Shown here: in pieces, positions 9,092 to 17,847 of the stretch
Position numbering within the stretch: position 1 is the stretch's first letter
Layout: every line of letters begins with the position of its first letter
Virus record (IMG/VR): IMGVR_UViG_3300025875_000072
Span: 1 to 34,695 of that record
Reading direction: 5' to 3' (one strand)
Origin: a virus
Lineage: Duplodnaviria; Caudoviricetes
DNA length: 34,695 bases
Position numbers and translations under genes: made by a program
Notes under the pieces: generated by a model
Told to the model about the DNA's origin: nothing
The model's input: only the letters and a program-made list of their open reading frames with translations
Database searches by the model: none

Positions 9092-9480
9092 TGGGTCAGT
9101 TCCTCTTCGAGCAGGATGCGGGACGCGCGGCACTGCGCCAGCTCGTCGAGCTGGTCGTTCGGCAGGGCCATGATCTGGGCGGCGCGGTCGTCGTGGCGGG
9201 TGGCGTGGGTGCTGGCGGCTTCGTACTGGCGGATGTAGACCTCGCGGTCGGCCGACGCGGCCTGGGCGAGGGCTTCGATGCCGGCGTTCTGGCTGGCGAT
9301 CAGGGCGTCCCGGTCGGCCAGCAGGGTCCGCTGGGAACCGATGGTGGTCTCTTGGGCCGCGACGGTGGCCTTGAGGTCGTCGATCTTGTTGCCGGCGAGC
9401 TTGAGGGTGACGATGCCGGCGAGGAGCAGCAGCGCGAGCGCTACCGGCCCGAGCCAGCGGGGGAGGGCGAGGGGGGACAT
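9088..9480 (-). CDS. Putative i-spanin (Rz-like)
   Basis: Single N-terminal TM helix, long Ala-rich coiled coil, C-terminal Cys. Confidence 0.7.
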   Translation of the reverse strand: MSPLALPRWLGPVALALLLLAGIVTLKLAGNKIDDLKATVAAQETTIGSQRTLLADRDALIASQNAGIEALAQAASADREVYIRQYEAASTHATRHDDRAAQIMALPNDQLDELAQCRASRILLEEELTQ

Positions 9481-9851
9481 TCGGAACTCCTGATGTTGAG
9501 GCGATAGAAGTCCGCGAGGGCGACCAGCTCCTCGACTAGGAGGTCCGACTTGGCCCTGTTGGCGCGGTTGGAGATCACCACCACGTTGCCTGGGACGTAG
9601 CCTCGGGCGGGGATGATGCGATCAAGGGACGGCGAGTACGGTCCCGGCCCCTTCGACCCCAACGCCCGCTCCAGCTTGCACCCGAAGACGGGGCAGTAGG
9701 TCGGGATGAGGATGTCTTCCTCGGTGAGGTTGAAGGGGACGCCGGCTTTCTTCGCGCGCTCCTTCGCCGCCTTGAGCATGCCCTTGCGGACATCCAGGGG
9801 CGACGGGGACCGACGGGGCTTTGTGGGCGCCCGCCGGGTTACTGTTGGGAT
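9441..9851 (-). CDS. HNH-like endonuclease (start ATC 9851 or ATG 9779)
   Basis: AKERAKKAGVPFNLT, CPVFG, SPSLDRIIPARGYVPGNVVVISNRANRAK. Confidence 0.78.
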   Translation of the reverse strand: MPTVTRRAPTKPRRSPSPLDVRKGMLKAAKERAKKAGVPFNLTEEDILIPTYCPVFGCKLERALGSKGPGPYSPSLDRIIPARGYVPGNVVVISNRANRAKSDLLVEELVALADFYRLNIRSSECPPSPSPAGSGR

Positions 9852-9874
9852 GATGTTCTCCTTAACGGAAGGGC

Positions 9875-11881
9875 CTAGTGAGAGTCGGCCCAGTTGCGGC
9901 CCTTGTCGAAGGAGCCGGCGAGCGGGCAGCGCATGTCGAAGGCCAGACCCGCATCGCGGATCGAGTTCTTCGCCAGCTCGCCAATCTCGGCGGTGAGGTG
10001 TTCGGGTATTTCCATCTGGAACTCGTCGTGGATGTTCGCGACGAACCCCATGACGTCGTCCCCGCGCCGCCACTCGCCGGTCAGGCGGTCAGGCTCCCAG
10101 CCCAGGTCCATCAGCTTGTCAGTCAGCAGGACCAGAGCCTTCTTCATGACGACGGCGCCGCCGCCCTGCAGGAGGGTGTTGAGCGCCGAGTGGGCGGAAC
10201 GGACCTTGAGCAGGCCTCCGTCGAGGGTCTTGAGGTAGCCGTCCCGCTTGGCGAGACGCTTGACCTTCTCTTGCAGCTTGCCGAGCGCCGGGAGGCCGGC
10301 TTCGACGCGCTCGCGGGCCTTCTTGCCGAGGCGGGCTAGAGCCCGTTCCCGGTCAGAGCCGGCCGCATGCTTGGCGTTGAAGGCCTCGCGCTGCTCGCCG
10401 GTCATGTCCTCGTAGATGACCATGCCCAGCTTGAGCAGGCCGGCACCGTAGAGGTAGGCGTAAATCCACGTTTTGGCCGAGTTGCGGGAGTTCAGCTTGA
10501 TGAGCCGCTGGTTCACGGTGTGAACGTCGGACCCGTCTTCCTTCTTCCCGTTGACGACGGTCTCCGCGTAGGCGCCGTCGTCGTAGAGAGCCATGTAGTG
10601 GGCCAGCATCCGCAACTCGAGACCCTCGGCATCGCAGCCCCCCAGCATCATCCGTGTGCGGACGGTGAAGAGGGAGCGGCACTCCCGGCCGTAAGGCACC
10701 TCGCCCCTCGCGTTCACGAGGGAAGGCACCTGGGCCATGTTGGGCTTCGAGTGCGTCATGCGCCGGGTGATGGCGCCGAGCGTGTTGACGTAGCCGTGGA
10801 TGCGCCCGTCAGGGCTGACCATCTTGAGCCATGCGTTGTCGCCTTCGGCCAGCTGCCCGAGCCGCTTGTCGACGGTCAGGTAGTCGATCAGCACCTTCGC
10901 CGGCTCGATGTGGTCGAGAGAGGCGAGGGTCGTTTCGTCGACCTTGGGGGCGCCGCTGTCGGTGAACTCGACGGGTATCCATCCGTAGAGTTCCTGCAGC
11001 CGGTTGGCGATCTGCGGCCGACTGCCGGGGTTGAACGAGACCAGCTTGAGCTTCTCGTAGGTCTCGCCCTTCTTGAACTCGACCTCGTACTCGTTGCCCT
11101 CCTCGTCCCAGCGGCGAACCTTGGTGCGCCTGCCGGCCGTTACGACGACGGGCTGGCCATACTTCTTCACCGGCTCGACCCAGGGCTTGAAGGCGTCCCG
11201 TAGGTTGTCCAGCAGTTCGGCCTTGCGACCGATCAGCTCCACGAGGAGCTTCTCGGCGGCCTCCTTGTCGAACTCGAAGCCGAAGCGGGACTGCATCGAG
11301 ATGATGTCCTGAACCCGATGCTCCAGCTCCTCGGCCTCTTCGGAGACCGGGCGGGTCATGCACTTGTCCCACAGCGCCCAGGTGGTGACCGGGTCTTGGG
11401 CCGCGTACTCTTCCATCTCCTGCGTGAAGGAGTGCCATTCGCCCTCGTAGTCGGCCTTGAGGACGCCGAGGCGGATGCCCCAGGCCTTGAGGGTGTGGGC
11501 GCCTGTCATCGCGCCGAAGCCTTCCGGCCGCTTGCCGTTCCTGATGGCGGTGCTGTCGATCTCCTTTAGGTTCGGCCAGCGCAGGCGGGCCATGACCATG
11601 GTGTCCCGAAGGATCACGTTGCGGCCGATGCGGAACCGAGGCTCCACCTTCTGGATCGCAGGGATGTCGAAGGAAATGATGTTGTGCCCGATGAGGCGCT
11701 CCTGCTCCATCAGGAGCCCGAAGCCGTCGTCGAGGGTGCCGTCGCGGGGCGCCGGGGAGCCGTCAGCGAAGCGACCGCCGTTGAAGCGCAGGCGCGTGCC
11801 GTCGTTGGTGTCGTAGGTGTGCAGGGTGTGGACCCGGTCCAGCTCGTCGAGCAGGCCGTTCGTTTCGATGTCGAAGATCAT
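9875..11881 (-). CDS. DNA polymerase, family A (T7 gp5-like)
   Basis: FDIETNG exonuclease motif, DAEGLELR, RNSAKTWIYAYLYG, NTLLQ, NIHDE; GGAG SD before ATG 11881. Confidence 0.97.
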   Translation of the reverse strand: MIFDIETNGLLDELDRVHTLHTYDTNDGTRLRFNGGRFADGSPAPRDGTLDDGFGLLMEQERLIGHNIISFDIPAIQKVEPRFRIGRNVILRDTMVMARLRWPNLKEIDSTAIRNGKRPEGFGAMTGAHTLKAWGIRLGVLKADYEGEWHSFTQEMEEYAAQDPVTTWALWDKCMTRPVSEEAEELEHRVQDIISMQSRFGFEFDKEAAEKLLVELIGRKAELLDNLRDAFKPWVEPVKKYGQPVVVTAGRRTKVRRWDEEGNEYEVEFKKGETYEKLKLVSFNPGSRPQIANRLQELYGWIPVEFTDSGAPKVDETTLASLDHIEPAKVLIDYLTVDKRLGQLAEGDNAWLKMVSPDGRIHGYVNTLGAITRRMTHSKPNMAQVPSLVNARGEVPYGRECRSLFTVRTRMMLGGCDAEGLELRMLAHYMALYDDGAYAETVVNGKKEDGSDVHTVNQRLIKLNSRNSAKTWIYAYLYGAGLLKLGMVIYEDMTGEQREAFNAKHAAGSDRERALARLGKKARERVEAGLPALGKLQEKVKRLAKRDGYLKTLDGGLLKVRSAHSALNTLLQGGGAVVMKKALVLLTDKLMDLGWEPDRLTGEWRRGDDVMGFVANIHDEFQMEIPEHLTAEIGELAKNSIRDAGLAFDMRCPLAGSFDKGRNWADSH

Positions 11882-11971
11882 GGCGGCTCCGGTGGATGGA
11901 TCGTAGGCTGGAAGGAGGGCGCGGGGAGGCGTCTGAGGGGCGCAGGGGGCGCCCTCCATCAAGCTCACGAC

Positions 11972-12001
11972 AAAAAAGGGGCCGCCCCGAAGGACGACCC
12001 C
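11972..12001 (-). terminator. Intrinsic terminator with UUCG loop
   Basis: GGGGTCGTCC-TTCG-GGGCGGCCCC followed by T run. Confidence 0.85.
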
Positions 12002-12027
12002 AGTGGTTCCCGTGAAGGGATGCGGTG

Positions 12028-12357
12028 TTAGTCGAGCAGCTTGGCGATGCGGGCCTGGACCCGCGCAGCGCGCTGCACGTCGGCCATCGTGTCCTCGTAG
12101 GTGCCATCGAGGGCGTCGACTTCGTCGAGGAGGGCCTCGATCCGGTCGTCGATCTTGTTGGCGCGGCGCACGGCGGCCATGCGGGCACGGTCGAGCTTGC
12201 CATTCACGCGGTCGAACTGTGCGACGGCCTTGGCGACATCGCCATTCAGGAAGTCGAGCAGCTCTTCGAGCAGGCTGCGGCCGGCGGCCAGCGCCAGTGC
12301 GATCAGCGGCAAGACGAAGTTGCGGACGGCGGCGAGGAGAGAAGCGAAGCGGTTCAT
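12028..12357 (-). CDS. Hypothetical membrane-anchored coiled-coil protein
   Basis: Hydrophobic N-terminus FVLPLIALALAA, heptad-rich remainder; only gene between a promoter and a terminator. Confidence 0.75.
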   Translation of the reverse strand: MNRFASLLAAVRNFVLPLIALALAAGRSLLEELLDFLNGDVAKAVAQFDRVNGKLDRARMAAVRRANKIDDRIEALLDEVDALDGTYEDTMADVQRAARVQARIAKLLD

Positions 12358-12398
12358 GGAAGACCTTTCGAGAACAGGAAGGCGCGGCGGATGTTCGC

Positions 12399-12422
12399 CA
12401 GACCTATGGTCCTGACTAATTG
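12399..12422 (-). promoter_or_regulatory. Phage RNAP promoter, +1 about 12404
   Basis: CAATTAGTCAGGACCATA|GG; 37 bp identical to 18016-18052. Confidence 0.88.
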
Positions 12423-12943
12423 ACGGGCTTGGTCTTGGCGGCGATCAGGCTGGCGGCGACCCCCTTGTGCGGGCGGTCGTCGATCAACTTGTCGTTGGCT
12501 CGGGCATCGAGGACGATAGCCATGCAGCACATCGCGTGGGCCAGCTCATGCTCGCCGCTCTCGGCGTCGTTGTCGTTGCCGTCGATCCAGCTGGCGATGT
12601 GGCGCAACGCCGCGTTGGCGTAGGTCATCGCCTCCACCGGGTCTTTGCGCCAGTTGAAGGGGCCGTACTTGTCGGCCCCCAGCTGGAACACGCCGGCCGC
12701 CTCGATCATGGCCGCTGCCGGCATGAGAGCGAGGGATGGCTTGGCGCGACCGTGGATGGCCTTGGGGTTCTCGGGGAGCGGAGACCCTGCGGACGGGAAA
12801 GGGTCCGTGCGTGGTTCCCACAACGGGTTCGACCCCGCGCTGCAGCCTCGCGACACGCACACCTCTGCAGGCGTCTCGCGGTGCTTGCAGTCGAAGCAGC
12901 TGCGGTCTTCCGGCAGCGTCAGGTTAACGGAACTATAGGACAT
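12416..12943 (-). CDS. DUF5664 dATP/dGTP diphosphohydrolase-domain protein
   Basis: NPK..G..K, GADKYGPFNWR, AALRH, DAESG..ELAHA motifs; N-terminal CxxC...CxxxxC. Confidence 0.82.
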   Translation of the reverse strand: MSYSSVNLTLPEDRSCFDCKHRETPAEVCVSRGCSAGSNPLWEPRTDPFPSAGSPLPENPKAIHGRAKPSLALMPAAAMIEAAGVFQLGADKYGPFNWRKDPVEAMTYANAALRHIASWIDGNDNDAESGEHELAHAMCCMAIVLDARANDKLIDDRPHKGVAASLIAAKTKPVN

Positions 12944-14603
12944 CGTCGGTTTCATCCTTGAACGGGGCGTCGCCGTCTTCCGGCAGGGGCACCTCAAACA
13001 TCAGGCCGGTGTCCCGGTCGTACTTGAGGGCGATGAAGGGGCCGACACTGTCGCCAGTGAGCCGATCCTTGAGGCCACGGATGACCGTGGGGCAGTCGGG
13101 GTCTTGCTTGTTGCGCTCGAGGCCGATCAGGTAGTGCGACCAGAAGGCCACGGCCCGCGAGCCACGGAAGTGCTTCTCCTGCACTCGCCCGCCGTCCTCG
13201 TGAGAGGTGCCGTCAGGTGTCGCAAGGTGGAAGACGAGGTGGATCGTGATGTCGAGTTCCTCGGCCAACTCGGCCAGCTCCGCCATGATGCCGTCCAGCG
13301 CCGTGCGCTCGTTCTCGGCCCCGGCCGTCAGGGCCGTCATGGGGTCGATGATGAAGTCGCAGACGCCGTGGGCAGCGTGGAGGAAGCGGATCGTGTGCTT
13401 GACCGTCTCCCAGTTCCGCGCGCCCTTGAGCGACACGGAGTAGAGGAGCGGCCGAAAGGACATGATCTGCGCCCGCAGCTCGTCCTTGTCGTACTCGGTG
13501 CCGGGGACGTGGACGCGCTTGCCCATCGCCATCCCCCCGAGGGTCTTGAGGGTCTGCTTCGGGGGCTCCTCGTAGAGGATCGTAGCGACCGGGCGCGGGG
13601 CCGGCATGGGCAGGAACTCGGAATGGTCCTCCCCGAGGTCAGGCCGCATGGCCGTGAGGGCCAGCTGCTTGACCAGCGTGGTCTTGCCCGAGCCGGTGCC
13701 GGCGCCCCAGGTGTAGAGGGCGGCGCGGCGGATGCCGTAGGTGGCGCGGGTCATGGTGATCCACGGCCACGGCAGGCCCCACTCGGTGTCCGCGATGGCG
13801 TCCTCCATGACCTCGTCGAGGTCGTTGAGGATTTCGGGGGACCACTTGCGGGCCGACCAGACCGCGTCGACCAGCTCCTTCGAGCGGCCGGCGATGACCA
13901 TGTCGTTGGCGTCCTTGAGCGGCAGCTTGCCGACGTGGACCTTGCCGTGGCTGAACAGAGGAGCGCACTCCTCCACCGCCTTGCGGCCGGGCTCGTCCTC
14001 GTCGAACAGCAGCACGACCTTCTCGAAGCTCTCGAGGAAGTCGAGGGCTTGGGCGACGAACTTCTTGGCCGAGGGGGCACCCTGGGGGACCGAGACGGCA
14101 GGCCACGACAGGCCCATCGCCTGTGCGACGGCCATCGCGTCCAGCTCGCCCTCGGTGATGACGATCAGCTTGCCGTTGGGGCGGCACAGCTGCTGCCCGT
14201 AGAGCGGCAGGGCGTCCTTGAGGCTCCCGAGGAGCAGGAAGTCCTTGCCGGGCAGGCGCACCTTCTGCGCCACGATGTTGCCCGCCTCGTCGTAGAAGGG
14301 GGCGATGTGGCACTTCTTGTCGTTGAAGGTGCCGACGCGGTAGTTGTATTTCTCGCAGGTGCGGTCGTCGATCTTGCGCTTCGCGAGCGCTTCGATTTCG
14401 CCACCGTGGATCAGGCCAGCCATGCGCTTTCCTTTGGGTGAAGGGTTGGCCTCACCCTCCACGCCATCGGCCCGCCCCGGTGTGCGGCAGCTGTGACAGA
14501 ACGTGTGCCCGTCATCGTAGACGGCGTTCGCGTCAGAGCTTCCACACTCGGGGCGGGGGCAGGACGTTTTGTAGAGGAGGGTGCTTTCGGGGTACTCGCT
14601 CAC
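12933..14603 (-). CDS. DNA primase-helicase (T7 gp4-like)
   Basis: CPRPECGSSDA...CHSC zinc ribbon, TOPRIM ITEGELDA / FDEDEPG, Walker A GTGSGKT, FRGS. Confidence 0.96.
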   Translation of the reverse strand: MSEYPESTLLYKTSCPRPECGSSDANAVYDDGHTFCHSCRTPGRADGVEGEANPSPKGKRMAGLIHGGEIEALAKRKIDDRTCEKYNYRVGTFNDKKCHIAPFYDEAGNIVAQKVRLPGKDFLLLGSLKDALPLYGQQLCRPNGKLIVITEGELDAMAVAQAMGLSWPAVSVPQGAPSAKKFVAQALDFLESFEKVVLLFDEDEPGRKAVEECAPLFSHGKVHVGKLPLKDANDMVIAGRSKELVDAVWSARKWSPEILNDLDEVMEDAIADTEWGLPWPWITMTRATYGIRRAALYTWGAGTGSGKTTLVKQLALTAMRPDLGEDHSEFLPMPAPRPVATILYEEPPKQTLKTLGGMAMGKRVHVPGTEYDKDELRAQIMSFRPLLYSVSLKGARNWETVKHTIRFLHAAHGVCDFIIDPMTALTAGAENERTALDGIMAELAELAEELDITIHLVFHLATPDGTSHEDGGRVQEKHFRGSRAVAFWSHYLIGLERNKQDPDCPTVIRGLKDRLTGDSVGPFIALKYDRDTGLMFEVPLPEDGDAPFKDETDDVL

Positions 14604-14746
14604 CGGCCCTTGCGGCGGCGCACCGACCAAGTCGGCTCACGCTTCGAGGGCAGGCGGTCTGCGCTGGCGGGGATGCCGGCGGCGGTGCAGGCGGCGACGA
14701 GGGCGAGGCCCAGGGCCGTCGGACGGCAGATCAGTTCGCGGGTCAC
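14600..14746 (-). CDS. Small hypothetical protein (48 aa)
   Basis: Read manually; GTGA overlaps with both neighbours. Confidence 0.55.
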   Translation of the reverse strand: MTRELICRPTALGLALVAACTAAGIPASADRLPSKREPTWSVRRRKGR

Positions 14747-14985
14747 GCTGCCACCTCGGCGTCCACGAGGCGCCACTCAACGAAGCGATTGTCGTGGCTG
14801 TCGCGCTTCTCGACGGAGGCGATCAGCTTCCCCTCGGGGATCAGCTCGGGCTTCCGGTTCTTGATGCGCCAGATGGCGGATGCGACCTGCACTCGGCCCA
14901 GTTCAGCGAAGCCGGTGGCCTCGGTGATGTGGCCCTTGGAGCGCAGGATGTTCATGACTTGCTGTTCGCGGGTCAGACGGCTCAT
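14743..14985 (-). CDS. Small winged-helix protein
   Basis: ILRSKGHIT..TGFAELGRVQVASAIWRIK helix-turn-helix-like pattern. Confidence 0.65.
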   Translation of the reverse strand: MSRLTREQQVMNILRSKGHITEATGFAELGRVQVASAIWRIKNRKPELIPEGKLIASVEKRDSHDNRFVEWRLVDAEVAA

Positions 14986-14998
14986 GGGTATCTCCAGA

Positions 14999-15457
14999 TC
15001 AGGTGTTGAGGTTCTCCCACCACGGCTTCACGTCGAAGCTCGGGCAGGCCTTGCGGACCCCCGGCACGTCCCGGTGGCCGATGACGGCGGCGCGGGGGTG
15101 TTCGGCGGTCAGCTTGCGGACCAGCGCTTCGAGCGCGGCCCATTGGGCAGGCGTGTAGTTGTCCTCCCCCAGGCCCTTGCGGTGTTCCGAGGAGCCGATG
15201 GGGGGCGAGCCGCCGACGAGGCAGATCGCAAGGGAGCAGGAGTTGATGCGGGGTTCGTGGGCGCCGGGCTGGGTGTCAGGGCGTCCCTTCTCGAGGGTGC
15301 CGTCCCGGCGAATGACGTAGTGGTAGCCGATGTCCCGCCATCCGCGCTTGCGGTGGTCTTGGCGGATTTCGGCCGCGCCGTAGTTCTCGAGGGTTGCCGG
15401 CGTTGCCGAGCAGTGGATCGCGATGAACTCGATGCGGGTGAGGGGCTTGTAGTTCAC
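14999..15457 (-). CDS. N-acetylmuramoyl-L-alanine amidase (T7 gp3.5-like)
   Basis: IAIHCSAT, GW.DIGYH, GAH, ICLVGG, GHRD...KACPSF. Confidence 0.95.
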   Translation of the reverse strand: MNYKPLTRIEFIAIHCSATPATLENYGAAEIRQDHRKRGWRDIGYHYVIRRDGTLEKGRPDTQPGAHEPRINSCSLAICLVGGSPPIGSSEHRKGLGEDNYTPAQWAALEALVRKLTAEHPRAAVIGHRDVPGVRKACPSFDVKPWWENLNT

Positions 15458-15885
15458 AGCTCCTTCGGGTCGATGGGGGTGATCGAGACGAGGATGCCGG
15501 GCTCGCCGGTCGTCCATCGCTTCGTGGTGAGGAGGTCAGCGACCTGGGTGTCGTCGGACCAGAAGCGGCCATCCTTCGTGATGACGTCGAGGACACCCTT
15601 GGCGTAGTTGTCGACGTCAGGCTTCGGGATGAGCAGCTTGGTGGTCTTCGGACGGGGCGCCTCTGAGCGGACGTGGACGTACACAGGGCCGTCGAAGGGT
15701 GTCTGCGGGACGCTCTTGGCCGCAAGGGCGTTGAGTGCCTCCGCCACAGCCGCCTGCCACTCCTTGTATTCCTTCGGAGAGTAGACGGTTGCGATGGGCC
15801 TCCGGCCCGCCGGGGTCACCACCCGCGTCCTCGGTCGAGGAGTTGGCATGGGGGCCACAGCGAGCCGGAAGGATGTGGAGGTCAC
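15454..15885 (-). CDS. rusA: RusA-family Holliday junction resolvase
   Basis: PRPR, KPDVDNYAKGVLD, WSDDTQV. Confidence 0.88.
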   Translation of the reverse strand: MTSTSFRLAVAPMPTPRPRTRVVTPAGRRPIATVYSPKEYKEWQAAVAEALNALAAKSVPQTPFDGPVYVHVRSEAPRPKTTKLLIPKPDVDNYAKGVLDVITKDGRFWSDDTQVADLLTTKRWTTGEPGILVSITPIDPKEL

Positions 15886-15965
15886 CCGAAGCGGTCGAGT
15901 GGCACGAACAGCGCCGCGACCAGCACGGCGATCACGCAGGTGCCGACGAGGGCTGCGGCGATCAC
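15882..15965 (-). CDS. 27-aa single-TM micropeptide
   Basis: VIAAALVGTCVIAVLVAALFVPLDRFG; GTGA coupling to both SSB and rusA. Confidence 0.55.
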   Translation of the reverse strand: MIAAALVGTCVIAVLVAALFVPLDRFG

Positions 15966-16708
15966 AGGTCGTCGTCCTCGGTGCCGCTCTCGTCACCGAA
16001 CGAGCCGCCCATTTCGTCCTCGGCCGCGTCGTCGATGTCGTCGCCGTCTTCCGCGCCGAAGCCGTGCGCCGAGGCGTCACGCTGGCCGAAGGACACGAGG
16101 GTGATGAGCTGCACCGCGTTGAGACGGAAGCTGATGCCGACCTCGCCCGTGCTGGCGGTGTAGTAGGGCATCAACTCGATGCTCATCTTCACCTCGGAGC
16201 CACCGCCGATCTGCGGCGGGTTCTTGAGGGGCTTGCCCTGGGCGTTGAAGATGTCGGGGGTGCGGGTCCACTTCTGGCCGGTCTTCGGGCCAGACTTGTA
16301 GGTGCCCGAGGCCTTCATCTTGGCCTTGAGGATGACGACGCCGGTACCGTCGGCGGTCTCTTCGTCCAGCTCCTCGGCCATCGGCTCCACGATGGAGATC
16401 GGGGCCGCCAGCTTCTTGATGAGGGCCGCCTTGCCGGCCTTGGTCAGCTCCGCGACCTTCGCCGCATGCTCTTCCTCGGTCAGCAGATCGGGGTTCTGCT
16501 CGCGGACCTCGTCGTACTTGGCCTGCACCATCTCCATGGCCTTGGCCTTGATCCGCTGGACCGTGGCGTCGGACAGGTCGAGGGCCTGCTTGCACTCGTA
16601 GACGCCAGCGGCGTCGTACTTGGTGTCGGGTTCGTTCAGGCGCGGCCAGATGGCCGGCGCGCGGGGGGTGGTGAAGCTCGGCAGCTTCATGAAGGCCTTC
16701 TTAGCCAT
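15962..16708 (-). CDS. Single-stranded DNA-binding protein (T7 gp2.5-like)
   Basis: FTTP..WPRLNEPDTKY, IGGGSEVK, GISFRLNAVQLI, acidic tail. Confidence 0.92.
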   Translation of the reverse strand: MAKKAFMKLPSFTTPRAPAIWPRLNEPDTKYDAAGVYECKQALDLSDATVQRIKAKAMEMVQAKYDEVREQNPDLLTEEEHAAKVAELTKAGKAALIKKLAAPISIVEPMAEELDEETADGTGVVILKAKMKASGTYKSGPKTGQKWTRTPDIFNAQGKPLKNPPQIGGGSEVKMSIELMPYYTASTGEVGISFRLNAVQLITLVSFGQRDASAHGFGAEDGDDIDDAAEDEMGGSFGDESGTEDDDL

Positions 16709-16712
16709 GCGA

Positions 16713-16898
16713 TCAGTCTCCGATTGTGATGAAGTCGATGAGCGCAGCCGTGCGACGGACGTCGCGCTCGAAGGTGGTGGTGTCGAAGCCAGCGGTGGCG
16801 GCCTCTGCGAGGTCGACTAGGTCGACGATGTCGGTGTTGGCCGTGCGCTCGGCAGCGGCCTCCACCATTGCCCAGTAGCGGGGGTCGGCGCCCTTCAT
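16713..16898 (-). CDS. Hypothetical protein
   Basis: 61 aa, tightly packed in the operon. Confidence 0.65.
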   Translation of the reverse strand: MKGADPRYWAMVEAAAERTANTDIVDLVDLAEAATAGFDTTTFERDVRRTAALIDFITIGD

Positions 16899-17503
16899 GC
16901 GTAGGGGTTCGATCCGCTGGGGTTGCTGCGGGTCCGCAGGAACGGCTCGGCGTGGCGCACGGAGGCGTCCACGATCTTGCCATCGACCAACTCACGGAAC
17001 AGGTAGCCGACGCGGACCTTGCCGTACTTGGAGCGGCCACGGGCGGCGTCGATGCTGGCGTGAACTGTCTGTCCAACGGAACCATCGGCGTAGATGTTCA
17101 GGACTTCCGTCTTGCGGACGGCAGGCACGTTGATGATGTCGTCGGCATGCTCGACCGAGACAGGACCGCCGAAGGCGCGACCGTCAGCCGCGACGATCCG
17201 GGGGGTAGGGGCGATGCCCCAAGCACCGGGCACGGTGATGACCAAGCGGCCATCCGGCAGGGTGCCTTCGAGCTTCACCGGGGTGCCCGAGCGGGTCTGC
17301 AGGGGCCTGGAGGTGTCGAGGGTGACCACGGCGGCGACGTTGCGGATGTCAGGGCGACGGCCGAAAACGTGCTTGCCGTTCTCCCGATAGATGAACTGGC
17401 CTACGCCCTCGATTTGGACGACGTTGTAGTTCGGCCCTTCGCTGCGGAGGGAGGTGACGGGGGTGCCGTCGACGGTCTCCAGCGGCTTCGTGAAGTCGAT
17501 CAT
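16895..17503 (-). CDS. Hypothetical protein with internal duplication
   Basis: IDFTKPLETVDGTPV / LDTSRPLQTRSGTPV repeats. Confidence 0.72.
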   Translation of the reverse strand: MIDFTKPLETVDGTPVTSLRSEGPNYNVVQIEGVGQFIYRENGKHVFGRRPDIRNVAAVVTLDTSRPLQTRSGTPVKLEGTLPDGRLVITVPGAWGIAPTPRIVAADGRAFGGPVSVEHADDIINVPAVRKTEVLNIYADGSVGQTVHASIDAARGRSKYGKVRVGYLFRELVDGKIVDASVRHAEPFLRTRSNPSGSNPYA

Positions 17504-17772
17504 GCGAGTTCTCCTGCCGCGTAGTCGCGGATGGCTTCGAGGTGTGGGTTGCGGACGGCGTCGGCGTCAGCGATCTGGCGCTTGGCCCGGCTGACGAGTT
17601 CGTGGGGGTCGATCCCCGCCGATTGGCTGATGAGGGTGAAGCACAGCGCGAGGGCGTCGAGCTGCAGCGAGGGTTCGTCGGTGTCCTGCAGGCCCGTCAG
17701 CAGCTTGAAGGCTGGCACTTTGACAGGGGCGAGCGACGACCGAGCGAACAGGCGTTCGCGGATGGCGGTCAT
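17500..17772 (-). CDS. Hypothetical protein
   Basis: GGAGG SD, 90 aa, coupled to the next gene. Confidence 0.72.
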   Translation of the reverse strand: MTAIRERLFARSSLAPVKVPAFKLLTGLQDTDEPSLQLDALALCFTLISQSAGIDPHELVSRAKRQIADADAVRNPHLEAIRDYAAGELA

Positions 17773-17822
17773 GAAGGGAACCTCCAGGGTCTTAAAGGGA
17801 ACCTTAGAGGGTGAGTGTTCTC

Positions 17823-17846
17823 ACCCCCAATGGTCCTGACTAATTG
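17823..17846 (-). promoter_or_regulatory. Phage RNAP promoter, +1 about 17828
   Basis: CAATTAGTCAGGACCATT|GGGGG followed by hairpin GGGTGAG-AACA-CTCACCC. Confidence 0.85.
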
Positions 17847-17847
17847 G

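Noticed and set aside
12416-12943. Z-genome (2-aminoadenine) pathway
   Set aside because: No PurZ or DatZ-like gene in the contiguous early and middle region
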